A DNA stretch of 61,492 bases from Paraglomus brasilianum (lineage: Eukaryota), in contig CAJVPI010000070.1 of assembly GCA_910592345.1 (NCBI GenBank), forward strand, positions 1-61,492. Reading direction: 5' to 3'. Positions 50,081 to 61,492 of the stretch are shown here, piece by piece (position 1 is the stretch's first letter; every line of letters begins with the position of its first letter). The notes beneath the pieces were generated by a model. That model did no database searches and was not told the DNA's origin. It worked only from the letters and a program-made list of their open reading frames with translations. Both the position numbers and the translations under genes were made by a program.

Positions 50081-51963
50081 TAATGAACGACTAGTTAGTT
50101 TTCTGTAAATTTAATTCCCTTTTCTTTTTTGTAATTTAGTTTTTGTTTTTGTTTTTTTTTTTTTGACTATTTTTTCTTCTGATAGATTATTAACTTGAAT
50201 ATAGTTAGCGAAAAAGATTTAGTTTGGTGTAAGGTGTATGAAATTATGGATAATATTAATAACTATATGAGATTGATTATGTATATTGAGTACGTTAGTT
50301 AAAGAGTAACACATTGAAAGAGAGCAAAATGGGGTTTATTGGTGTTGGAGTGTATGACCGAATATATAGGGTTGCTTTATCATTTATCTCAGATGAGTTA
50401 CTAATGCTGTCATCTCTCTTTATCTAGATATAAAGAAGTCGTTGGAGATCTCCCGGCGATTGATCGACTACTAACATGTTTTAAGTTTCGTTTACTTTGC
50501 TTTTTTAATGTCTGCTACTTGGTTGTCTGTATTTCGTATATCGTCTCACCTCTGTGTTCTCGCGTGATGAATAGATGTCGCATGTGAGTATGGAAAGAAC
50601 AATGAAGTTGGGGGTAGCATGACTTTTCTTGTGCGGTTATCGTTCGATAGTATAAAAAAAAAGCCCTATATAGTAATAGCAAGACCAAGTCTACGTTTTG
50701 CAATCGATATTGCTCTTCTGCGCAATTATGTACTAAATTCACTCTTATATTAACAGATTCTTGTACCAAAGATAAGCAAATCTCCTCCTTAAGAGTGACA
50801 GATTCGTTCTTGGGTACTCGAGATCTGAATATAAGGTGTTAGTTTGTATCATAGTTTACAGAAAACGCTTATGCTTTAACATACAGGCTTTTTCCAGGCC
50901 TTACAAATGGACTGATTAATAACTCGTTTCTATCACTATCGGTAAAAATAAGCAATTAGGAAATTTGGCAGACGTTTCTACCGGGCTTGTAATCCATGAA
51001 CTTCAGCATAATTCGCGAGAGAAATTTTTTCAATTTGAGATAATTGTCATTCGCAAGCTGGACAATAAAGTCATACTCGATTACGGTCTCCAAATTTACG
51101 TTCTTGAAGTTTATATAAACGCCCAATTTATTCAATGACTCGTGTTTAGCTGGGATTAAGCAAATCTTATTATTATTGCTCAAGTCGTTGAATGTATTCG
51201 GCGCCTCTTTTAAGGAATTCGTAGTAATTTATCGAATGGATATTGTTGATACCTAATTAACACCTAATTAACACCTTAACAAATACACGCTTAATTAGCT
51301 GGCCCTCATAAGCGCGTTTCGAGTTGCATCGGCTGTGTTGTCACTATTATTTATTTATATTTTATGGAACTTTATTTGTATACAATAATAATAGGTTTAC
51401 ATGTTCATACTATTACGTATTACTGCGTCAACAATTTTTTTACCTCATCCTGACAAGCATATAACACATTTAGATTGACTAATGCCAAATCATTAGTCAT
51501 CATATTAATGATCAATACATAATGACATGTATCCAGAACCGACCAAGTTTTTGTTTTTTCTAGACAAAAATTGTTAAACATTTAGTACGTTTAATCCAGG
51601 CCAAGGGCGAAATGCAAAATATTTGGCCATTAAAATTGTGAAGAGCAATTCGTCCGGTCACATGCTTTCACGCATTACACACTGGCTTTACACACAACTC
51701 AACAGTTTACGTCCGCGGGAGTCCACCGTGGCCAATCTGGTTCGTCTTTCAAGAGAGCTTCCCTTCATTACCCACTGGACATTGGTAATATCTTTGAACT
51801 TATCTCGGTGGAGACCTAAACGAGCGGTCATTTTTAGATATAATCGTATAATATTAAGAACGTTACGCTGTAACTCGAAGAAGTTCAGCATGCCGAAGCT
51901 ATTAACACGAAACTTACCTTGTAAACAAGGTATGCTGTCCCAGTAAATGTAGTGCCTAGTTAT

Positions 51964-52036
51964 TCTTTCTAACTGACCGTATCGGCCGGAATTGCGAATT
52001 GCTAACTGATCGTATCGGCCAGAATTGCGAATTGGC
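51964..52036. repeat. Tandem duplication, 2 x 33 bp
   Basis: ctaactga(c/t)cgtatcggcc(g/a)gaattgcgaattg twice. Confidence 0.85.
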
Positions 52037-53025
52037 ACTCTTTGGTAGAGTGCAGTGATATCGATGCCGCGCGTCACAACTTATTGGAGATTATAGTGAA
52101 CGCCGGTTGAATATTTCCAATCATACCGTAAGAGTTATTCCATTATTCTTCGACCAAAGAAGAGGTGCAGAACCTGCTCAAATTTCGGGTTGTTTATATC
52201 TAAATTGCTACTGCGGAATAGCTATTAATCACTGTGTTCGATTTATTTAGAAATACGATGTAGATCATTTCGCAATTCGTACAACGCCAAGTCCGAATTA
52301 TTTATTGGATTATAAATACTGCGGTAGTTAGAAATCAGTTATAAAAACGACCTTTGTTCCAAGCTGAAAGCTTAGCTTTTTGCTCATAAGTTCATGCTTG
52401 AAGAATTCATGTCTATCAAATGAGTTTATAACTCTTGTTGTGAAATAAATATCTAATTACCGATAAAATGAAATCCAAAACACCTAGCGCGAGATCGGTG
52501 TCCGCGATTTCCGCGAAATTCCAATTCCGCAGTACATCAAAATCGGCAAGAATCAGTGCAGTCGAAAAGACGCTTATTGTCCGGATTTGGGCAGTATTCT
52601 GGATTAGGTTGTCCCGGTCGAAAATTCTGGACAGACACAAACTATCCCCATTTATCCAAAAATCTGGACAGTTTAGTGAAACGATAATTAGTCATAAATA
52701 CGAGTCGTAGCTAAAAATCATCCGCAGTTCATATCTTCAGTAAGACGTTGCTATTAGGATAGTAATAAAAATTTGATTCAAATATAATTGTTATTATTTC
52801 GTTTATTCCCTGATAAAAGATACTTGCATAATCTCAATTACAATTAAATGTTTGCTTTTTAATTATGGTTGAAGTTTACAATTTTTGCATTAAAAAGCTT
52901 CTAATACTAATAGAACAGCCAATGTTAATGATATGGTCGAGGTGATAATCAAGGAAAATGACATTTTCACTGCATTATTTGTATTGTCATTAGCAAGAAC
53001 TCCCTAGTATTGCAAAAAGTACATA

Positions 53026-53116
53026 TAGTGAACTCTCCATAAATGCAACCCCCATAATAATAAGCAAGCAACTCATGAAGAATTGGTGGAAACTGCATTT
53101 ATAGAGCGTTTACTGC
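53026..53116. mobile_element. Possible ~90-bp pogo-type MITE
   Basis: Imperfect inverted ends tagtgaactctccataaatgca / tgcatttatagagcgtttactg. Confidence 0.45.
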
Positions 53117-53599
53117 ACCAACACTTACTCAAATAAATAGATAAGCAAACCTATATAATCCGAGAGAAGGGCAACCTGCATTTATCTAATAGTCGTAATT
53201 AATTGGTTTAACTTATCCATTCTTATTCTCCCCTCATTATAATCAATGAATATTTTCTTGTAATCATGCATGTGGCCAATACACAAAATGCGGCATTTTT
53301 TTAAGTAATTTTCAATGCTTGGCTTCTTCGTTTAGTCTCTTAATTTTAACTAAGGCCATACTAGTCATGTCAAAATACCTAACAAATATGCTTTATGTTA
53401 AACAATCTTAAACTAAAATGTGGTGGAATAAACGGTAGCACTGCTACATAATTCTATAAAACTTTTTTTTTTGTGCACCAGTTCAGTGCCTTAGAGGTGA
53501 TACTTGCTATTTCTATTTCCTGATGTCGCACCCTTAATTCTAAATTCGTAATAGTGACCAACAATGCTATTCACGGTTTTTGAATTCAAGATTGTTTGG

Positions 53600-53720
53600 T
53601 ACATAATGAAACTCGATAAGTCGGACATTCGATAAGTCGGAAACTCAATAGTCGGAAACTCAATAAGTTGGACAAGATCTCTCTGCCCTTTTTATTAAAA
53701 CCCTTTCGATAAGTCGGATA
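53600..53720. mobile_element. Transposon end with sub-terminal repeats (pogo-like)
   Basis: tcgataagtcgga-like motif repeated about 5 times after tacataatgaaac. Confidence 0.5.
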
Positions 53721-54681
53721 ACCATGCCAGCCAGTCGTGTTTCACTATGTAACACCCGTTCCTTAAATAATAAATTATTTAATTTAAAGAAGCAAATTTT
53801 CAAGCATTCGACTTTGAGAGGTTATTTTGCTAAGAATTGTCATTATCTTACAGTTTATTACAAAAATTTGCGCGGAAAAATTCTTTATCATAGAATGACG
53901 TCTTATTTTATTTTGTGGTATACTAATACTGCTGTAAACATTCAAGTATGTACTATTCAATAAACTTTATGCTTACTAATTGTACGGAATTAACAGATTT
54001 GGGCTCATTATATTCGACTTAATTTGTAACTAATCAAACTTTCAGCAAGGCTTAGTTTAGTACTTTCTAACGTTTTTACCTCTGCATCCGTGATAAGGGT
54101 TTTGCTTTGTGGAGATAAAATCGACTCTTAATATTAAGCGCATGACGATAAGATGACCAGTGTTAGAGAAGTCATTTGGGTTTGATTATGTTACTGAATT
54201 AGTATAGTCATGAATTGGTATAGTCTAGTTTTTCCTTCCTCCCCAGAATTACTAATAATTACTTCCTGTATTTTCAAAATTTGACTGTATTTTCTAACCA
54301 GAGGATTACACATACAAATTCGTTTGGATTATAATAGCTGCATCGATTTGCTTTAATCTATATAATTATAATAACTTATATAATTAAAACTACTAATACA
54401 ATTAACACCGTGTTATGTTTCTGAAACTTTTCAGTATTTCCGCTTTTGGACATTATTATGTATCGGTATGTATGTTCCCTTTATGAATTTTTGATGTCCT
54501 AATTTTAGTTCGGTATTGTCCAATTTGTACACTTACTTCTTTTTATTACAATTATTCTTCTTCTAATTATGTTCCAAGTTCGGTTATTGAAACTTTTAAC
54601 ATTGATTTTTGAACTGTTAGTGTAATACTTACAAGATGAGATTGATTCTGTTTATCGCACTATCGAACAATTCTATTGTTA

Positions 54682-55521
54682 CGTGGGGGTGCTGAAAAGT
54701 TTGTCGCCAGGGTTGGATTTCAACAATCAGCTAACTTATGTAAAAATCGAGTTGATCAATCGTTTCGCAACGTTTCGAGGAATGAATGAAAAAAAAAAAG
54801 ATCACGAAATTTATTTCGCATTATCAAAACAACTGGACAAAATAGGCCATAAACGAGAACGATAATACATCTAGGGAATGAACTCGGGTTCGCAACAAAT
54901 TGGCCAATGCAGAAGGGAAACAAGCACTATCTCTTCGCACAGTTTAAAGCTGGATTCATACATTCAAGGGATAGATATGAAGGCATTCTTGACTTGCAAA
55001 GCAGTGACGTCAGAAAAATTCGACAATTTCATAAAAATCTGACCCTAATATTACTACCACAGAAATGGCTAGTCAGGTAGGTATTTCCCCTGAAAGCTTT
55101 ATGCAAATAGTATACTGTCAGAAGTATTTTCAAACATGAAAAAAAAAAATTGTCATAATTCACTATGACATGTAACACCGCATAAGTCAGCAATCGTAAC
55201 TGAATATCCTCACAAGTAACAGATAACATTTCTTCCCAATTTTCCATATAATCCAGATCCTTCTTGATTTTTTCTTATTCCTTCAAAACTGAAGGAAAAA
55301 AAGGTTTAATAGTGTTGAAAATTTGGCAAGGGCTGTTTAGCCAATTGTTGACACCATCCCAAAAGCTGACTACGAGAAGTCCTTCTAGAGTTGGCAGAAT
55401 CGCTTGTAACATTGCAGAGATGTTAACGGAGACTACTTTGTGGAAATCAAATAGTTTTTTGAACAATTGTATTTAGAATCATCAAAATAAAGAATTGATG
55501 ACAAAACTTTTCAGCCCCACG
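54682..55521 (+). mobile_element. Internally deleted, decayed mariner element with TIRs and TA TSD
   Basis: TA|CGTGGGGGTGCTGAAAAGTTTGTC ... GACAAAACTTTTCAGCCCCACG|TA. Internal fragments: KLANAEGKQALSLRTV*SWIHTFK (mariner N-terminal HTH), PYNPD.PS*FFLF (YSPDLAPSDF-like) and WQNRL*HCRDVNGDYF (mariner C-terminus). Confidence 0.85.
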
Positions 55522-56471
55522 TAATCACCCACGTACAAATACAGAAAATATAGACAGCCTTCCAGATGGGAGAAATGTGGGAGAAATTAAGTTACTTCCA
55601 AGTATTGGCGGGCTTAAACTAGTACTAGCGTTTTCCGATAAAATATGATTGTCGACGTGCAATTAGATGTTTCCGAGAAATATAGCTACGAACTATCAGG
55701 CGCCATAACATTACCGCCTACAAAGATCAGGGATAAAAAGAAAGGCCTCAAGTCATAAAAAAAGCCCATTAGTAATTTGGCTCAAAATGCATGCCGATGT
55801 ATAACTTCATAAATATAAAGATACGAACTAGGAATGAATAACCGAATAATGAGAACCTTGTTCATCGTTCTAGACTGATTCTTGACCGGACTTTTATTAC
55901 TTCAAATGTTATTATTCATATGAAGAAATCCACGATTTTTAAATGACAGAACTATTCACGTGAAACTTTTGACTCAAAGTTGCACAAAATACAAAAACTC
56001 CCCATTTATTATCATTCTATTTCTGCTTAAACGCAAAAATTCGCCGTTTTGTAGACTACCAAGTAATTGGCACGGATATTTAGTGTAATTCTAATACCAA
56101 TAAAAGAAGGAAAATGACAAGAAAAATACAGTTGTCGATGAGACAAACAAGGAGCATGTTGTTGAATTCGTGTTACAAATATTACAAATGGAGCCATTAT
56201 TAGAATATCATAAATGTCAATTGCAACGTCCATCGGCTAATCGATATTAAGCATATAATGGTTGATCAACGTGATTGAGCTTTTTCGAAAGACGTCGGTC
56301 GACCACGCATTTTCCTTTTCAGGGCACAGTCACCGATACATTGTGATAACTCTTCAAGACCGCCGACGTCGAAGTAATAAATAATCCGCTCCCAACTTTC
56401 AAATTTCATCTATACATTTACAACGTAGTCTTAATACAATATAACAAATAGTAAATGATTCATTGATCATA

Positions 56472-58423
56472 ATGAGTACTGAGACAGCAAGCACAAGTTC
56501 CGAGCGATTCTCTGCTCCAAAGCGAGGTTTAAAAATTAGAAAACGCTGGGAAGATAATTCATACTGGGAAAGAGTAAAGTGAGTCATAAAAAAAGAACTT
56601 ATATATGTGTATAGTATGTAGCTATCGGAAATGAAACTAAATGTTTGAAATGTGATCCTTTCTTTACAACAGGAAAGGACCTGTATCCACGGCGCTATAT
56701 TTATGTAAGTGTAATAAACGATCCAAACATCATGTCTGTTTCTCGTATTGGGTGAATTATCAATTTAAAAACATGCAACTTACTTCTCCTAAACAACAGC
56801 TCTGTTATATCCCAAAGTCCTTTTCAATCACAAAGTACGTAAAACCCCGCTTAATTCTGGCTGGACATCATACCAAGAGGCGGCAATTCGTACATTTAAA
56901 TGGTCGTCGGATTCACCATTAGCTGTCTCCAGGCGCGCTGCCAACTTTATAGAAGCGATTGGAAAGTCTAGATGCTCTGAGCCATTGACTGCGGTGACTG
57001 ATGTGCCTGGCGTGCAAGGTCACTGGATAGGCCCAGAGACTTGGAATGGTCGAGAGGCCGAGGCCATTATTTTCTACCTTCACGGTAAACTTAAGTGCAT
57101 CTTGGTGGGGGGAAGCATTCACACTTTAAGTAGACTAGTTGGAATATGATTACCCAATCCTGAAATTATTATTAGGTAACTAAAATAAGTTTATGCGTAT
57201 TCTTTGTTTCTTCTTTCTTTCAGGAGGAGGCTACGTGACTTTTTCGTCGCTTTGCTCATTGCAGCCATTATGCTATTTGTTAAAAACATTAAGGAAAAAA
57301 CACAACAAACACGTCCGCATATTATCACTAGACTACCCACTGGCACCGGAAAATCCCTATCCACATGCTATCACTTGCGCAGAGAACGCATATCGATGGC
57401 TGGTAACTGAAAGTGGTGTGGCTGGTAACCAAAATGTCATCATTTGTGAGTATATATGAAAAAAATGTTACTACAAAAAGCATCTCGATTATCTCTCTCT
57501 AATTACTATTGTCATGCTTCAGGTGGGGACTCTGCCGGAGGCGGTCTTTCATTGAGTCTACTTCAAAGCCTATACAAAGACCACGGTGGTCGCCGGAAAA
57601 ACTCAATTGACGCCCAAAAGATGCCAATGCCTCTCGGTGCCATACTAATATCTCCATGGGTTGAACTAAAATGTGATGCCTTATCATATACCACAAATGC
57701 AAAATATGACCTTTTACCAGTACATTTCTGCCCGTTCGCCGCCGAATATTACATCTATGGACACAAACGATCTCAACTTTTTCAATCAAAATTGAAAAAT
57801 AAAGACGATGATAAGAAAGTCGATGCTAACAGAGAAGAATCATTTAATTCCAGCCGAAAAAATACTAAAAATAAATATGCCAATCCATACAAAAATCCAA
57901 TGATAGCTTCGAAATATGCACCTCTTGAGCTATTAGCAAAGTTTCCGCCACTGCTAATCAGCTATGGAGGAAAAGAAATATTTAAAGACGATATTGAAGA
58001 ATTCGTGCAGAAGTGTGTGGAAGCAAAAAAATTGAAACGAGGAAAAAGTTCCGAGCCTTTATTAAAATCTGGCGAAAAAAAGAACGACTATTTGCAATTT
58101 GAACCACCCTCTAGCGAGACCTTCCATCCTGAAGTACAGATTGAATATAACCCTGAAATGGTTCATATGTGAGTAGCAGCCGATTGGAGAGTATGCTATA
58201 CGTCAAATTCTTCTTACCCTATCTCATTATTATATCGCTTTTCTGTTTTCTTTCGTTCAATAGCTACCCGTTCTTGTTAGATTTTCTCGGAGAGCACAGC
58301 CGCGAAGCACTCAAACGTTTCGCCGGATTCATAACAGCAAGGCTTGACTATTCCAAACATAGACCATTGATTCCTTTAAATTTGCCATTGGTATCTGTTG
58401 AAACACCATATTTAATGGAATAA
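56472..58423 (+). CDS. Alpha/beta hydrolase, HSL family (Say1/Mug180-like esterase), multi-exon
   Basis: FYLHG/GGY oxyanion motif split by an intron; LDYPLAPENPYP; GDSAGG nucleophile; LISPWV; YGGKEIFKDDI; MVH. Start codon tentative. Confidence 0.88.
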
Positions 58424-58875
58424 GACGTAAAAGTCTGCGGATTTTACAGATCAAAATGATGCCAATATAGTGTTTTCGAGTTCGAGAAAAATTAATTAGA
58501 AAGCTACGAGTCATTATAGAAAAAATATTGTCGCCTAATAAAAATCTTATTATACGCGTTATTAATGGGTGGTCGGGTTTTTAAATCAATTATAATTACA
58601 AATATTATTATCAAGCTTAATTTATTATCTTTATAATTTGTTTTTAAATTAACAATTCAATTTTCGACACTATTTAATATTAGCGCACACGGAGCTGGAC
58701 TTCGACTTAATTGTAATAATAGTAATAATTAATAAATAAATAAATATAACTTGCGAAACGACAATTATTCTAATAATCAATGGTCTTTGTTTTTATCTTG
58801 GATTTCTTACAAGTCGGCTAAGATCAGAATGCACTCTGGGGAAGCTCGTCAAATCACCAATTTGTTGTACAACGA

Positions 58876-60009
58876 TCAACCTGAAAAGAAGGGTATGAAG
58901 TCATCTTCACTGATTACTCGCCCGAACCTTTCGGAATCTATATTTTCAGTCACGGAGAGAAATTCGTCCAGATTCATTGTATTCCCTTTGTACAAGAGGA
59001 ACCGATTTTACAACAAAATACTTTATAAAATGTACATCTTTATCCAAGGATAGTAAAATAAATTATATTGCATTCTTACCATCAGTTGATATAGGCGGAT
59101 AAGGTGGTGGTGGAGCCATCCATGACCCATCTTCTTTCAACTTGTTGCAGAGATAAGTAGATCATCAACATGTGTGCATGCAGAAATCACACAACAGGGA
59201 TTATCGAAAATTACCAACCATATGGCTGCGATCTGAAGCAAAGACCTCGAGATATGTCTTTGCGGGTATTAACCTGTATTTACTTTGTAAAAGCAAACGT
59301 TATGAATTGGTGAAATCGCACATGTTATTTTCAACCAGCAGATAAACTGATACCGTTGCAATTCTCGTTGGGGAAAGCGCGCTAATGCTGAACGGCGATA
59401 AGTCCCAAATTCGCACGGAAAGGGAAGAAACGTATCCAGGTCATAAACCCAAGATCTTTGCATAATAACAAGTCAGATAATTCATTCAGTTCTTAGTGTA
59501 AACAAATTTTTTCCATACGAACATGTAAACTTTATACATTTCAACCTTTTTGTTTGCCCATTCTCAGTTTCGGTGTACAAGAGAATTACATGGTAATCCT
59601 AACAATTAACGAGGTTCTTTAGTTTAAACATGTTACTTATTCCAATCACCAACGGAGGACTAATTGGCATACCCAGCAGACAAAGCCTTCCGCATTTAGC
59701 CCAGCACGCTGTCTGAGTAAAGGAATCTAATAATCGAGCTGTGCCTCAGTCGAAATTTGCGAGAAGTTTTTTCTAATGGTGTTCAAAGTTGATCAACTGT
59801 GACTACTTGGAGCAATCAAATCCTACCGAACTCCACTCATTCGTAATAAAGACTGCGTAAACCTCACTTGCAGGCGGCGTAATTTCCGCCTTTGCGTCGT
59901 CTTCTAGTTGTGATTCATTTAGGGCAAGAAATTTACGGCATAAGTAGTAAACATTCTCTTCACAATAGTTGGCAGTATATGTGTGCTCGGATGTAAAGTA
60001 TGGTGGCAT
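58876..60009 (-). CDS. NTAQ1: Protein N-terminal glutamine amidohydrolase (WDYHV1), multi-exon
   Basis: YTANYCEENVYYLC, VFITN, W/DYHVI, VYDLDTFLPFP, FASDRSHM, PPPPYPPI, MNLDEFL...FFSG*. Confidence 0.93.
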
Positions 60010-61225
60010 GGCTATTAGGTAGTAGCCCAGGTGCGTATTGCAGAAAGGCTTCCCTGCCAGGAAATTTAAACACAATTCGATTATAGGGTTGTGTAACTAT
60101 ACTAGATTTGCAGAATGCAAAATACCGGCAATAATGGGCTCATTTTTGCTTCCTATTGTCCCTAATAATGCATTGTTGATGATGGCATGATTTATTTGAC
60201 TGACCATTATAGAGATTATAGAGCCGAGGCCGGTCATGCGTTTCCTATTCTGGTTTCTTTAAAAGGTTTGCAGATCTTATTGGCAGATTTAATGGAACGC
60301 AAGTGACTGCGTATCGGTAGTGATATCTACTGTATCTACAGTGATATGTTACCAAACGCTTGGGTGGGAATGGTTGTTTAGAGAGACTCGAAAACAGTAC
60401 AACTGACCGCTACCATGGAGTGTCAACAAAAGGGGCAGAATTAATCGACTTGGTGAATGAATGGGTGGGATCATGTGTATAATAATAGCATCATTATAAT
60501 TAATAATTGAGATCATTTAGTTTGTACAGCGCTAATTGCGGAAAGGGGACGACAAGACCACAACATTATTATTCCATTGACTTCTAGTAGTTCTACGGGC
60601 TGAATTAGTATAGTGAGTGGAGATCTGACCATAACCGAGCATTTTTATATCTGTCGATGATGAACTTTTATTAGGAAACATATCTACATTGTCTGCGAAC
60701 TCGTGCCAAATCGAGATTTCATATCTTATTCGACTTTCTATTGTGAGCCGTCATATATGAGCAAAGATGCAACTATGATCTATGCCAAATCTGGCTTAGA
60801 AATAACGATCCGTAAAGGAATTTTGTGGTCTGTGGTATTATCATAAAGGTTTAAAAACAAATATATTAAATCGAATAAAGAAATTACTGTCAGCTGCCCC
60901 AAAATGTAAAGGCTGCAACCCTTGACAACTTGTCAAACAATAAATTATAGAAAACCATAATAACAAATATTTTGATGTCAAAGACTGTTTGCTTGCAATT
61001 GCGGCAGATGAAGAAGAGCTGCAATCTCAAGAGGCTGGAGCTTACTTTTTAGAGTTAGTGACAGAATTTATTACAGAGGCTATTCCACAATTGATTTTGA
61101 CTAGCAATCTTCACTAATTAGGCGATTAGTAAAAATTGCAATGGATTTATTCAATTCAAAAACAAAAGAGGAGTTGCGAGTACGACTCCTGCTAAAGGTT
61201 AGATTGAAATAAACAAAGCCGACTA

Positions 61226-61419
61226 CAGTCAACCCTCTTTATAGTCACCCCCTCTATAAGCACATCATATAAAAATCTCTTTATAAGCACACCATGTTTG
61301 AGAACCACTTACTATTGAACTATAGGAAAACCCTTCTATATAGTCACAACCTCTTTATAAGCACATTTTCAACAAAAGTTGCATTGTTCCCGACAGCGTG
61401 ACTATGAGAAGATTGACTG
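61226..61419. mobile_element. ~194-bp pogo/Tc1-type MITE with TA TSD
   Basis: TA|CAGTCAACCCTCTTTATAGTCAC ... GTGACTATGAGAAGATTGACTG|TA; internal ctct(t)tataagcaca repeats; TIR similar to the end of the relic at 5348. Confidence 0.85.
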
Positions 61420-61492
61420 TACAGCCCCCTCCCATAAATGACTGAGTAACACAAAATTTCGTAAATTATATGTCGAATTCGCACGCATGTAA

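Noticed and set aside
50500..52720. Short ORFs downstream of the OGT
   Set aside because: No recognisable domains, mostly non-ATG starts; probably repeat-derived intergenic DNA.

Overview
Low-GC, intron-rich fungal DNA; protein style suggests an early-diverging lineage such as Mucoromycota (inference). From left to right: a frameshifted fungal transcription-factor pseudogene; tandem repeats and a pogo/Tigger relic; a block of three dissimilar cytochrome P450 genes interleaved with an RRG8-like gene and a GliK-like gamma-glutamylcyclotransferase; a Sola-like transposase relic; a promethin/LDAF1-like gene; two tandem intronless HMG-box genes sharing a triplicated upstream module; a type II NADH dehydrogenase; a C2H2 transcription factor; an SPX-EXS (SYG1/XPR1) gene; a SPO71-like PH protein; a 1021-aa intronless GT41 O-GlcNAc transferase; a decayed mariner; an HSL-family hydrolase; NTAQ1; and several MITEs. 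The strongest candidate for a new system is the HMG-box pair, whose repeated upstream module keeps a palindromic HMG-type site (AACAATTGTT) beside an ACGCGT box in all three copies. Other leads are a P450 resembling the animal orphan CYP20 clan, the intronless OGT with eroded TPRs, and micro-exons of 5-18 nt inside conserved motifs. All homology calls come from motif recognition by eye; no searches were run.
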